This document shows positions 9,196 to 18,373 of a DNA stretch of 64,000 nucleotides, one piece after another; the first letter of the stretch is position 1; every line of letters starts with the position of its first letter. The stretch is from an uncultured Acidobacteriota bacterium (GTDB taxonomy: Bacteria; Acidobacteriota; Vicinamibacteria; Vicinamibacterales; JAKQTR01). Below the pieces are notes generated by a model. That model did not search any database. It was not told the origin of the DNA and saw only the letters and a program-made list of their open reading frames with translations. The position numbers were made by a program, and so were the translations under genes. The stretch lies in assembly GCA_963843385.1 (NCBI GenBank), contig CAWJJY010000007.1, forward strand, positions 363,651-427,650, read 5' to 3'.

Positions 9196-10215
9196 ATGAG
9201 GCGCACAGTCGAGATCCTCGTCGCGGGCGTTGCGGTCACGATCCTCGCCGTTGCGTGTGGCAAGAGCGGCGCTCCGGCTTCTCCGGTTTCGCCTGCTCCC
9301 GATCCCATTCCCGCTGATGCAACCGGTTGCGCGCGGACCTCGGTTGGTTTCGCGCCGCTCTCCGAACTCGGAACGGGCAGCTACAAGGCGCAGCCCGGAG
9401 GACTGTATCCCGGCGGGGGCTCGACCCGTCCGCCGCCACACGAGATGGCGGGTCTGGCGCGTGCCCGGTCCATCGTGCCGATGGACGGCAACGGGCAGCC
9501 AGCCGCCGGCGGCCGCTACGCCCTGCTGTCGCTGGGGATGTCGAACACGACGCAGGAATTCTCGATGTTCAAGACACTGGCCGACGCCGACGCGGCGAAA
9601 GATCCGCACCTGGTGGTGGTGGACGGAGCACAGGGCGGCCAGACCGCGCGATTGTGGGCCTCGCCCGGCTGCGCCTGCTGGTCGACACTCGACAGCAGGC
9701 TCGCGAGCGCCGGCATTTCGTCGAAGCAGGTTGCGGTGATGTGGGTCAAGCAGGCCGACTCGAATCCCAACACGGGGTGGCCGGCCCACGCACAGACACT
9801 CCGCGACGAGCTCAACACCATCCTGCACCTGCTGGCGGCCCGATTTCCCAACCTGCAGCTCGTCTATCTCTCCAGCCGAATCTACGCCGGTTACGCGACG
9901 ACCAGTCTCAACCCCGAGCCCTACGCCTACGAAGGCGCGTTTTCGGTGCGGTGGCTGATCGAGGATCAGTTGAGCGGCCGATCCGGGATGAACTACGACG
10001 CCGGCCCGGGTTCGGTGCCGTGGATTGCCTGGGGACCATACCTGTGGGCCGACGGCTTGAGGCCGCGCGGCGATGGGCTCATCTGGGCCTGCTCGGATCT
10101 GACCGCAACCGACGGCACGCATCCAAGTTCCACCGGGCAGCGCAAGGTTGCAGACCTGCTGCTGAACTTCTTCAAGACCGACAGCACGGCGCGGGAGTGG
10201 TATCTCGGACAGTGA
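9196..10215 (+). CDS. Lipoprotein, putative SGNH/GDSL-type hydrolase
   Basis: Lipobox ILAVAC. GMSNT (block I-like Ser) and DGTHPS (DxxH block V-like). The N-terminal 95 aa of the tracked ORF are translation of the heptamer array, so the start is set at ATG 9196. Confidence 0.5.
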   Translation: MRRTVEILVAGVAVTILAVACGKSGAPASPVSPAPDPIPADATGCARTSVGFAPLSELGTGSYKAQPGGLYPGGGSTRPPPHEMAGLARARSIVPMDGNGQPAAGGRYALLSLGMSNTTQEFSMFKTLADADAAKDPHLVVVDGAQGGQTARLWASPGCACWSTLDSRLASAGISSKQVAVMWVKQADSNPNTGWPAHAQTLRDELNTILHLLAARFPNLQLVYLSSRIYAGYATTSLNPEPYAYEGAFSVRWLIEDQLSGRSGMNYDAGPGSVPWIAWGPYLWADGLRPRGDGLIWACSDLTATDGTHPSSTGQRKVADLLLNFFKTDSTAREWYLGQ

Positions 10216-10216
10216 C

Positions 10217-10416
10217 GGCGGGCGGCTGGAGGCTGGCGGCTCGCGGCCTGTGGCTGGAGGCTGGAGGCTGGCGGCTCGAGGCTTCTGGCTTGACGCTCGA
10301 GGCCTGTGGCTGGCGCCTGGAGGCTCGAGGCTTCTGGCTTGAGGCTCAAGGCCTGTGGCTCGAGGCTGGAAGCTCGATGGCCCCGGCTGGCGGCTGGCGG
10401 CTGGCGGCTGGCGGCC
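10217..10416 (+). repeat. Heptanucleotide tandem array B (about 28 units) containing a 49-nt (7x7) higher-order duplication
   Basis: ggctgga ggctggc ggctcgc ggcctgt ... Positions 10272-10320 and 10321-10369 are near-identical 49-mers. The array ends with 4x ggctggc. Confidence 0.9.
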
Positions 10417-10579
10417 GCGCACGCCGCAAGGACAGATTCTCGTTCGACTCTACGGTAGGTTGGTAGGATATTGGCGATGCGGCGGGCGTCGCTGGGTCGA
10501 CGGCTCACGGCTCGAGAGCGTGCGCCCGGGGCCGCACATGCCGCGTGGCGTCCTTCTCGCTCTCCGCGGTACCGGTCTA

Positions 10580-10606
10580 TGCCGCCAGCCGCCAGCCTCC
10601 AGCCAC
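10580..10606 (-). repeat. Short heptamer array C in inverted orientation relative to array B
   Basis: Plus strand gccgccagccgccagcctccagccacc equals minus strand ggtggct ggaggct ggcggct ggcggc. It is complementary to the 3' end of array B. Confidence 0.8.
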
Positions 10607-10635
10607 CGTCTCTCTCCGTGCAGTAAACTAGGCGA

Positions 10636-11187
10636 ATGCAGTCTCTCATCACACAGCTGCTGGTACAGATGGGTGAGGATCCGGCCAGGGAAGGGCTCCG
10701 GGACACGCCCCGCCGGGTCGAGAAGTCGCTGTCGTTCCTGACGAGCGGGTACCGCGAGAACATCGACGAGGTCCTCAACAACGCCCTGTTCACGGTGGAC
10801 TACAGCGAGATGGTGATCGTCAAGGACATCGATTTCTTCAGTCTTTGCGAGCACCACATGCTGCCGTTCTTCGGGAAGTGCCACGTGGCGTACATCCCGA
10901 GAACGAAGGTCATCGGGCTGAGCAAGATCCCACGCCTGGTCGACGTCTTCTCCCGGCGCCTCCAGGTACAGGAGCGCCTCACGAACCAGATCGCGGAAAC
11001 GATCCGGGAGAAGACCGATCCAATGGGCGTGGCCGTCGTGATGGAGGCCACGCATCTCTGCATGGCCATGCGCGGCGTGGAGAAACAGCGATCATTCTGC
11101 GTCACCAGCGCGATGCTGGGAGCCTTCCGCGAGCGGGACCGCACCCGGGCGGAGTTCCTCGAGTTGATCCGGCGCGTGACGCCCTGA
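10636..11187 (+). CDS. folE: GTP cyclohydrolase I
   Basis: [23 protein letters not shown], ...QVQERLT and ATHLCM motifs are characteristic of FolE type I. Length 183 aa. Confidence 0.92.
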   Translation: MQSLITQLLVQMGEDPAREGLRDTPRRVEKSLSFLTSGYRENIDEVLNNALFTVDYSEMVIVKDIDFFSLCEHHMLPFFGKCHVAYIPRTKVIGLSKIPRLVDVFSRRLQVQERLTNQIAETIREKTDPMGVAVVMEATHLCMAMRGVEKQRSFCVTSAMLGAFRERDRTRAEFLELIRRVTP

Positions 11188-11500
11188 ATGAGAGAACTCG
11201 AGCGTGAGTAGTCGAGCGGGTGACCGATCGTCAGGCACCTGAACGGCCGGCAGGCCGCCCGAGCGAGCGGGAGTCGTCGGCGAGACCAGACGCCGCAGGC
11301 GGTCGCGAGCTTCGGCCGCTCGTCGAGGGGCCAGACAGAGTTGCGCCTGCAGCCCCTGCTGGGCGGCCAGTGTGCCTGATGATCGGGCAGGACCCGCGAG
11401 ACGGGCGGCGGATCACCGTCGTGGCCTGCCGCACCCTGGCAAGCGGGTCGCGTTCTCCGGCGGACTGACGGGCAGCGAGCGAGAGCGAGGGTATACTGGC

Positions 11501-12205
11501 ATGGTGCGACGCGCGGCCCTGATCGTGATCCTTGCATCCGTCGCGTTCGGCCCGCTCTCCGCGCAGGCGCCGAAGGCGAAGCGCCCAGCGGCGCCGACTC
11601 CCGCACCTGTCAAGGTCGTCCCGAAGACTGAACCCGCCGAGGTCGACTGCCCGTCCCCGCTCGGGATCGGCGTAACGACCAAGCGGGTGTTCTGCGATGT
11701 TCCGATCGGACGGACCTCGGCTGACGGGGTCGTGATCAAGATTCCCCCGCACAAAGGGCCGGCCTATCTCGTCTTCGATCTGCACAACCGCCAGACCTAC
11801 TCCGAGGAACAGGTGAAGGCCCGCAAGGCCTACGCTCGCCTGACGGCGACAATCGGCATCCTGACGATGGACAACACGCTGCTGACACGAGCGATCGTGC
11901 AGAACGAGTTCCGGTCGGCCGCCGATCTGTTCGATCGAGTCGCGGGCGGTGCAGGGCCCTCTGGCGTGAAGGCCGTCGCGCCCACCGGGGAGGAAAGTGT
12001 CCGGGCAGAAATCCCCGAAGGGACCAACGAAGTCTGCGTCCTCGGAGAGAAGCTCAGCGTCAGGCGAGTCGACGGCGATGAGCTCTTCGTGGCGCCGGGG
12101 CGTCCCATCGCCCTCATCAGCGACATCAACGTTCAGTACGTGGAGCCTCCCAGGAAGGTCCCGCCGAAGAAGGCCGCCGTGAAGAAAGCCCCCGCGAAGA
12201 AATAG
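11501..12205 (+). CDS. Secreted hypothetical protein with Lys/Pro/Ala-rich C-terminal tail
   Basis: Signal peptide MVRRAALIVILASVAFGPLSAQA. The stop TAG directly abuts the ATG of the next gene. No family recognised. The upstream part of the tracked ORF is discarded. Confidence 0.55.
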   Translation: MVRRAALIVILASVAFGPLSAQAPKAKRPAAPTPAPVKVVPKTEPAEVDCPSPLGIGVTTKRVFCDVPIGRTSADGVVIKIPPHKGPAYLVFDLHNRQTYSEEQVKARKAYARLTATIGILTMDNTLLTRAIVQNEFRSAADLFDRVAGGAGPSGVKAVAPTGEESVRAEIPEGTNEVCVLGEKLSVRRVDGDELFVAPGRPIALISDINVQYVEPPRKVPPKKAAVKKAPAKK

Positions 12206-13234
12206 ATGCCGGTTCAGCATCGCGATCTCATCATCGTCGGCGCGGGTCCGGCCGGGCTGGCGACTGCCATTGCCGCCGGTTCGCACGGCCTCGACTACCT
12301 GGTGATCGACAAAGGCGGGCTGGTCGAGAACATCTATCGCTTCCCGCGGCAGATGGTGTTCTTCACGACGCCCGAGCTGCTCGAGATCGGCGGCCTGCCG
12401 TTTGTGACGCCCTACGACAAGCCCACGCGGCACGAGGTGTTGAGATACTACCGCCGGGTGGTGGACACGTTCCATCTCTCGATTGCCTTCGATCAGGGAG
12501 TCTTCCGGATTGCGGCCGGGCAGGGCGTGGTGGACGCGACGCCGGGTTTCGCCGTGTGGACGCGATCACCATCGGGACAGGAGCGTGAGCATCACGCGCG
12601 CGCGGTCGTGCTGGCGACCGGCTACTACGACCACCCGAATCTGCTCGGCGTGCCGGGTGAGGACCTGCCGCACGTGTCGCACTACTACACCGAGGCGCAC
12701 CCCTACTTCCGGAAAGACGTCGTGGTGATCGGAGGCGAGAACTCCGCCGCCGAGGCCGCGCTGGATCTGTTCCGAACGGGCGCGCGGGTGACGCTGGTTC
12801 ATCGGGGCGCCGCTCCGGGCGGACGAATCAAGTACTGGGTGAAGCCGGATCTGGAGAACCGGATTGCGGACGGCTCGATCGTCGCGCGATTCTCGAGCAC
12901 GGTGCGCGAGATCCAGGCCTCGCACGTGGTGATCGAGCACGAGGGAGCGAGCGAGCATCTCCGGGCCGACGCCGTGTTCCTGCTGACCGGGTACCACCCG
13001 GATTTCGACCTGCTGGCGTCGGCGGGCGTTCACGTCGATCCGGTTCGAAGGATTGCGACGTTCGATCCTGACACGCTCGAAACCAATGTCCGGAACCTGT
13101 TCCTCGCCGGCGGCGTGATTTCGAGCCGCGACACCAGCCCCATCTTCATCGAGAACGGGCGCTACCACGGCGAACGCATCGTCCGGGTGCTCCTGGAGCG
13201 GTGGGCGCCGGTCGACCCTCAGCCTGCGGCCTGA
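12206..13234 (+). CDS. ypdA: YpdA-family FAD/NAD(P)-dependent disulfide reductase (putative bacillithiol-disulfide reductase type)
   Basis: IIVGAGPAGL, ...FFTTPELLEIGG.PF, ATGYYD.PN, HYY.EAHPYF...VVVIGG.NSA and IFIENG..HG are collinear with Bacillus YpdA as I recall it. Confidence 0.8.
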   Translation: MPVQHRDLIIVGAGPAGLATAIAAGSHGLDYLVIDKGGLVENIYRFPRQMVFFTTPELLEIGGLPFVTPYDKPTRHEVLRYYRRVVDTFHLSIAFDQGVFRIAAGQGVVDATPGFAVWTRSPSGQEREHHARAVVLATGYYDHPNLLGVPGEDLPHVSHYYTEAHPYFRKDVVVIGGENSAAEAALDLFRTGARVTLVHRGAAPGGRIKYWVKPDLENRIADGSIVARFSSTVREIQASHVVIEHEGASEHLRADAVFLLTGYHPDFDLLASAGVHVDPVRRIATFDPDTLETNVRNLFLAGGVISSRDTSPIFIENGRYHGERIVRVLLERWAPVDPQPAA

Positions 13235-13339
13235 CACGCTCCGGGGCGCATCCGCGACCAGCCCCGTGGCCTTCGTGAGGCAGACGCGCATCACGCGAGC
13301 CACATCGGTCTGGCTCGTCCCGCACGCTGTTCTCTGGAG

Positions 13340-13969
13340 TCAGTTCGACGTCCAGCTCTTGCCCTGGGCGTTGGAGTTCAACAGGACTTTCATCTCGAGC
13401 AGTTCGACCAGTGCGTTGCAGCGAGCCGCGATGCCCTGCCGTTCGAGGAGGGCCTGGCGCTCGACCGGTTCGAGATCCAGGTATTGCGCCAGCGCGTTCA
13501 CCACGTCATCGTCGGGCATGGTCGCCGGCAGCGGCGGCTCGGTTCCCGCCAGAGCAGGTGCCACGAGCGTCTCCAGCCGGCGCCGGCCCTGGCGAACGGT
13601 CTCGCGGTCGGTGTCCGAGGTGGACTCCGGCAGGTACTCGACGATGGCCCGGCGGTACGATCTCCCGCTCTCCTCGCCGGTGATGCGAAATCTCACGATG
13701 CCGCGAAGGACCAGGTTGTAGCAGCCGTCAGGCCTGCGCTCGACGTGGCTGATAAGCCCGACGCAGCCGACAGAGTAGACCGGAGGCTGGCCTTCGTACT
13801 CGTGCTCCCATCCGGGCCGCAAGAGCGCCATGCCGATCAGCCGGTCCCCCGCGAGGGCGTCCTTCACCATGTCGCAGTACCGGGACTCGAAGACATGCAG
13901 CGGGAGAAACACGGTGGGGAAGAGCACCGCGTCGGGCAGAGGAAAGATCGGAATCGTGGCAGGCAGCAT
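13340..13969 (-). CDS. LON peptidase substrate-binding (Lon N-terminal) domain protein
   Basis: IPIFPLPDAVLFP...LPLHVFE.RY..M pattern of the Lon N-terminal domain. Start set at the internal ATG 13969. The remaining 344 aa of the tracked ORF lie antisense to the GDPD gene and are Arg/Pro-rich. Confidence 0.7.
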   Translation of the reverse strand: MLPATIPIFPLPDAVLFPTVFLPLHVFESRYCDMVKDALAGDRLIGMALLRPGWEHEYEGQPPVYSVGCVGLISHVERRPDGCYNLVLRGIVRFRITGEESGRSYRRAIVEYLPESTSDTDRETVRQGRRRLETLVAPALAGTEPPLPATMPDDDVVNALAQYLDLEPVERQALLERQGIAARCNALVELLEMKVLLNSNAQGKSWTSN

Positions 13970-14086
13970 GAGTGTTCCCCGATTCTGGTACGGAACGGCC
14001 GGCCAAGTCCACTCGGGCACGAACCGCCACGACTGTGTTCGATCGCCAGTCGTGCCGGCGATGGAGAGATGTCGGGCGACTGAACG

Positions 14087-14968
14087 GTGTGGCCGGTGCG
14101 GCCGGACGCCGGTACGGCGGCCGACTGGAGGGCACACGGTGCGACGTGCGAAGATAGGGGCCAAGCCGTGCCGACTACTTCGTCCCGACCCGATCGACCA
14201 TCCGTTTTCGCACATCGAGGGGGCGCCGCCCTGGCGCCTGAGAACACGCTGGTGGCCTTCGATCGCGGGCTGGCGCTCGGCGCAGACGGCCTCGAGATGG
14301 ACGTCCGCCTGTCGCGCGACGGGGTCGTCGTCGTTCATCACGACCCGACGCTCGATCGCATCACGGAAGGCCACGGGCCGCTCTCGGAGCGGACCGCTGC
14401 AGAGCTGGTCGAACTGGATGCCGCCTACAGGTTCGGGGTGGATGGCGGCTATCCGTTGAGGGGCCGGGGCATACGAATTCCCACGCTCCGGGACGTCCTG
14501 GCACGATACGCTGACGTGCGCTGCGTCATCGAGTTGAAGATGGACAGCCCTGAACTGGCACGGGCGACGATCGAGGTGATCAGGGCTGCGGGGGCCGTCG
14601 GCCGCGTCAGCCTCGGATCGTTTCACGGCAAGGCGCTCTCTGCCGCGCGGGCCGCGGAGCCTCGGATCCCCACCGGCGCATCGACCGACGAGATCCGGCG
14701 TGAACTGACGCCCGCGTGGCTTCGGCCGTGGCGCCGCCCGCCGCGCTTCCAGACGCTCTATGTCCCGGAAAGCTGGACGGGGGTGCGGATCGTATCGCCG
14801 GCGTTCATTGCCAGGGCCCACCGCAAGGGCGTCGCCGTCTGGGTGTGGACCGTGAATGCGGCAGATGACATCCGGCGGTTGCTGGACTGGGGCGTCGATG
14901 GCATCATGACCGATCGTCCCGACGTGGCCGTGCCTGCCGTACACGAGTGGTATCGAGGTCGCACATGA
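14087..14968 (+). CDS. Glycerophosphodiester phosphodiesterase
   Basis: AHRGG...ENTL.AF, G.DGLE.DV..S.DG..VV.HD.TLDR and VWVWTVN motifs. Start uncertain: GTG 14168 would give a more typical N-terminus. Confidence 0.8.
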   Translation: MWPVRPDAGTAADWRAHGATCEDRGQAVPTTSSRPDRPSVFAHRGGAALAPENTLVAFDRGLALGADGLEMDVRLSRDGVVVVHHDPTLDRITEGHGPLSERTAAELVELDAAYRFGVDGGYPLRGRGIRIPTLRDVLARYADVRCVIELKMDSPELARATIEVIRAAGAVGRVSLGSFHGKALSAARAAEPRIPTGASTDEIRRELTPAWLRPWRRPPRFQTLYVPESWTGVRIVSPAFIARAHRKGVAVWVWTVNAADDIRRLLDWGVDGIMTDRPDVAVPAVHEWYRGRT

Positions 14969-15930
14969 ATCCGCCAACTCTTCACGACATCTACGACGCA
15001 CGGTCGCGCGTGGCTCGCCACCTGCGGCCGACTCCGCTCATCCGGTACCCGCTCCTGGTGGCGGAGCTCGGGTGCGAAGTGTTCGTCAAGCACGAGAACC
15101 ACAATCCCACCGGCGCGTTCAAGATCCGGGGCGGGCTCAACCTGGTGTCCAGGCTCGGGCCCGACGAGCGCGAACGCGGGGTCGTGACGGCGTCGACCGG
15201 CAATCACGGCCAGTCGATTGCCCTGGCGTGCGCCCTCGAGCACGTGCCGTGCACGATCTACGTGCCGGTCGGGAACAACCCGGAGAAGAACGCCGCCATG
15301 CGCGGCTACGGCGCGTCGCTGGTCGAATTCGGGACGGACTTCGACCAGGCCCGCGAGCGCTGCGAGCACGATGCACACGAGAACGGCAGCCGCTACGTGC
15401 ACCCTGCCAACGAGCCGCTGCTCATCGCCGGGGTCGCCACCTACGCGCTCGAGGTCTTCGAGGATCTGCCCCGGGTCGATGCGGTGTTCGTGGCCATCGG
15501 CGGCGGGAGCGGGGCCTCCGGGCTCTGCACGGTCCGCACGGCGGTGGGCAGTTCCGCCCGGATCATCGGGGTGCAGGCCCAGCGGGCCGACGCGTTCACC
15601 CGATCGTGGCGCACCGGGGTCCGCGTCACCGGAGAGCGGGCCGACACGTTTGCCGAGGGGATCGCCACGCGCGTGACCTTCGACTACACCTTCGGCATCC
15701 TCACGCGCGAGCTCGACGACATCGTGACCCTGTCGGAAGAGGAGCTGTCCGAGGGCGTTCGCCTGGCACTGCGCGCGACGCACAACCTGGCCGAGGGGGC
15801 CGGGGCCGCGCCGCTGATGGCCGCGTGGAGACTGCGCCACGAGCTGGCCGGCAAGACGATCGTGTGCGTGATGAGCGGCGGCAACATGGACACCGAGCTG
15901 CTCAAGCGCATCCTTGCCGCCGGACGATAG
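14965..15930 (+). CDS. PLP-dependent threonine/serine dehydratase (short form, no regulatory domain)
   Basis: HEN.NPTGAFKIRGG (PLP lysine), STGNHGQ and GGGSG. ATG overlaps the upstream stop (ATGA), indicating translational coupling. Confidence 0.8.
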   Translation: MNPPTLHDIYDARSRVARHLRPTPLIRYPLLVAELGCEVFVKHENHNPTGAFKIRGGLNLVSRLGPDERERGVVTASTGNHGQSIALACALEHVPCTIYVPVGNNPEKNAAMRGYGASLVEFGTDFDQARERCEHDAHENGSRYVHPANEPLLIAGVATYALEVFEDLPRVDAVFVAIGGGSGASGLCTVRTAVGSSARIIGVQAQRADAFTRSWRTGVRVTGERADTFAEGIATRVTFDYTFGILTRELDDIVTLSEEELSEGVRLALRATHNLAEGAGAAPLMAAWRLRHELAGKTIVCVMSGGNMDTELLKRILAAGR

Positions 15931-15948
15931 GCCCCTCTTCCGCCCGGC

Positions 15949-16647
15949 TCAGCGGTCGAGTACGCGGCGTGCCTGGCGGAACACCTCGTCGAACATCGCC
16001 TCGGTCAGCCGCCCGGTGTTGGTGTTCTGCCGGCTCGGGTGGTACGAGGTCACCACCACCGCACCACTTCCGAGATCGTGGACGGCCGCGTGCCGGAATG
16101 CCGGCTTCGGACGGATCGGGCGTCCCCGGCGGGTCTCGAGCGCCAGCCATGCGTCGAACGCCACTCGCCCGAGCGCGACGACCACGCGAAGCCGGGGCAG
16201 CGCCCGGGTCTCGGCGTCGAGGTGGCCGAGGCAGGCTGCCAGCTCCTCGCGTGTCGGCTTGTTGTCGGGGGGCGCGCACCGCGCGGCGGCCGAGATGAAC
16301 GCGTCGATCAGCCGCAGTCCATCGTCCGCGTGGTCGGAGACCGGCGCGTTGGCGAACCCTGCCCGGTGCAGCGCGCGCATGAGAAACGCGCCGGAGCTGT
16401 CTCCGGTGAAGAGCCGCCCGGTCCTGTTCGCGCCGTGGGCGGCGGGCGCCAGGCCGAGGACGAGCACCCGGGCCTGGGAGTCGCCGAACCCCGGGACCGG
16501 CTTGCCCCAGTAGACCTCGTCCCGATACGCCGCCTTTTTCGCGCGGGCGACTTCGAGGCAGTATTGCCGCAGCCGCGGGCAGCGCTCGCACGCGATGATG
16601 CGTGCGCGTGCCGCGCCCAGCGCGGACGGTACATTAGTCTGGGCCAT
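15949..16647 (-). CDS. Uracil-DNA glycosylase, family 5 (UdgB-like)
   Basis: C.RCP.L...C, GLAPAAHGANRTGR.FTGD and SYHPS.QN motifs. The GLAPA motif points to family 5 rather than the GEAPG of family 4. Start at internal ATG 16647. Confidence 0.75.
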   Translation of the reverse strand: MAQTNVPSALGAARARIIACERCPRLRQYCLEVARAKKAAYRDEVYWGKPVPGFGDSQARVLVLGLAPAAHGANRTGRLFTGDSSGAFLMRALHRAGFANAPVSDHADDGLRLIDAFISAAARCAPPDNKPTREELAACLGHLDAETRALPRLRVVVALGRVAFDAWLALETRRGRPIRPKPAFRHAAVHDLGSGAVVVTSYHPSRQNTNTGRLTEAMFDEVFRQARRVLDR

Positions 16648-16746
16648 CGTTGGAAGGTGGAACCCTGGAGCGTGAGTGGAAACCTGTGTTTGATCCCGCG
16701 GCGAGAACCGATCAGGCGCATCGTGCGGACTTGTCAAGCCGCCGGT

Positions 16747-16772
16747 CCCCGGCCGCCAGCCCCCAGCCTCTC
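16747..16772 (-). repeat. Short heptamer array D (about 3 units)
   Basis: Minus strand gagaggct gggggct ggcggcc gggg, just downstream of the E2 stop at 16790. Confidence 0.6.
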
Positions 16773-16789
16773 ACCTCTGACCTGCCGCC

Positions 16790-18067
16790 CTACACCATCA
16801 GCAGTGGGTGCTCCAGGTATTTCTGGAGGGTCTGCATGAACCGCGCGCCCATGGCGCCGTCGGCGACACGGTGATCCACCGACAGCGTCAGCTTCATCCG
16901 GCGGCCGATTCCGAGCGTCCCGTCCACGACCACGGGCACTTCGCGCACCGCACCCACCGCGAGGATCGCCGCTTCGGGCGGGTTGATGATCGCCGAGAAC
17001 TCCTCGATGCCCATCATCCCGAGGTTCGAGATCGAGAAGGTCGCGCCCGTGTATTCGTCGGGCTGCAGCTTCCGGGCCCTGGCGCGCTCGGCGAGCGCCC
17101 GTGACTCTCCGGAGATCTCCTCGAGCGACTTGATGTCGGCGTCCCGAATGACCGGCGTAATCAGCCCGTCATCGATGGCGACTGCCAGACCGACATGAAC
17201 CCGCGAGTATCGCCTGACGTGATCGCCGGCGAACGAGGCATTGATCTCGGGGTGGTGGCTGAGCGCAATCGCCGTGGCCTTGACCACGATGTCGTTGAGG
17301 GTGATCGAGGATCGCCCGTCGCGCAGCGCCTGGTAGGCCTCCCAGACCCGGTCCATCGCCACCTCGATGGTCAGGTAGAAATGGGGAACCGGGCCCTTGC
17401 TCTGCACGAGCCGCTTCGCGATGGTGCGCCGGACGGCGTTGAGTTCGATATCGGCGTAATCTGCGCCCGGCTCGCTCGCGGTGCGGAACGCCAGGGTCCG
17501 TCGCCTTGCCGGGAGCGCGCTCGCTCCGGATCCCGCTGGCGAGACCGCCAGCGCGCGCGCCGCCTCGATGTCTCGCTTGATGATGCGGCCCAGCGGACCG
17601 GTGCCGCGAAGGCTGGTGACATCCACGCCCGCCTCGGCGGCCATGCGCAGGGCGAGCGGCGAGGCGCGCAACGAGTGGCCGGCCGCCGCTCCTTCGTCCG
17701 CGCCCTGCCGCGCCCTGGAGGCATCCGGGACCGGCGCGGGCCGGGCGGAGGCTGACGCCACCGGCGACGGCGAAGAAGCCGCCGCCGCGGCATCGGCCGG
17801 TCCGGGCAGCAGTGCGGCGATGTCTTCTCCCGGCGAGCCCACGACGGCGATCAGCTGGCCGACCTTGATGACCTGGCCTTCCGGTGCCACGAGCTTGCGG
17901 ATCACGCCGTTGGTGTAGGACTCCATCTCGACGGTGGCCTTGTCGGTCTCGACCTCGGCGAGCGCCTGTCCCGTTTCGACGGTGTCGCCCTCCTTCTTGA
18001 GCCACCGGAGAATGCGGCCTTCTTCCATGGTGTCACTGAGCTTGGGCATCACGACGCGGGAAGCCAT
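16790..18067 (-). CDS. Dihydrolipoamide acyltransferase, E2 component of the pyruvate dehydrogenase-type complex
   Basis: Lipoyl domain (MPKLSDTMEEG....W.K.EGD....G..L.EVETDKA), Ala/Pro linker, E3-binding-like segment, and a catalytic domain with DHR..DGA. Start at the ATG after GGAAGGA. Confidence 0.88.
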   Translation of the reverse strand: MASRVVMPKLSDTMEEGRILRWLKKEGDTVETGQALAEVETDKATVEMESYTNGVIRKLVAPEGQVIKVGQLIAVVGSPGEDIAALLPGPADAAAAASSPSPVASASARPAPVPDASRARQGADEGAAAGHSLRASPLALRMAAEAGVDVTSLRGTGPLGRIIKRDIEAARALAVSPAGSGASALPARRRTLAFRTASEPGADYADIELNAVRRTIAKRLVQSKGPVPHFYLTIEVAMDRVWEAYQALRDGRSSITLNDIVVKATAIALSHHPEINASFAGDHVRRYSRVHVGLAVAIDDGLITPVIRDADIKSLEEISGESRALAERARARKLQPDEYTGATFSISNLGMMGIEEFSAIINPPEAAILAVGAVREVPVVVDGTLGIGRRMKLTLSVDHRVADGAMGARFMQTLQKYLEHPLLMV

Positions 18068-18313
18068 ATTGGTGATCCTTCCGGGGGGCCGGCTTGACCT
18101 CAACGAACCCTTCCGGCTCGCGGCCATCGGCTATCGGCCTGTCACGCCACCGCGCTGGCGATCTCGGTGTTGCCTGTCTCGCTGCGCGCCAGGGCCTCGT
18201 ATCTCCAGGAATGCGCTATAAACAGCGTTTCGAATCGAGGCGCCAGCTGCCGGACGCGCCGGGGCTGCCTTCGACTCCGCTCAGGCCAGGGAAGCCCCGG
18301 CCTTCATCTGAAG

Positions 18314-18358
18314 CGCTGGCCATGAGCCGCCAGCCGCGAGCCGCCGGCCGCCAGCCGG
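18314..18358 (-). repeat. Heptamer array E (about 6 units) inside the pdhB-E2 spacer
   Basis: Minus strand ccggct ggcggcc ggcggct cgcggct ggcggct catggcc, starting 16 nt after the pdhB stop. Confidence 0.75.
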
Positions 18359-18373
18359 ACTCTCCCGTCGCCA

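Noticed and set aside
8868-10416. Possible CRISPR array
   Set aside because: The period is 7 nt with no unique spacers and no 25-40 nt direct repeats. No cas genes are in the window.
8720-10466. ORFs translating to WRLAAGG/ARGWRL-type repeats (8720-9106 +, 8810-9100 -, 9181-10422 -, 9327-10466 +, and the N-terminal extension of 8911-10215)
   Set aside because: They are read-through of the 7-nt tandem arrays. A 7-nt period cycles through all three frames, so the apparent repeat peptides are artefacts. The real lipoprotein start with signal peptide and lipobox is at 9196.
13970-15001. N-terminal 344-aa extension of the 553-aa minus-strand ORF 13340-15001
   Set aside because: The extension is antisense to the well-supported GDPD gene and is Arg/Pro-rich. 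The Lon-N domain homology begins exactly at the internal Met (13969).
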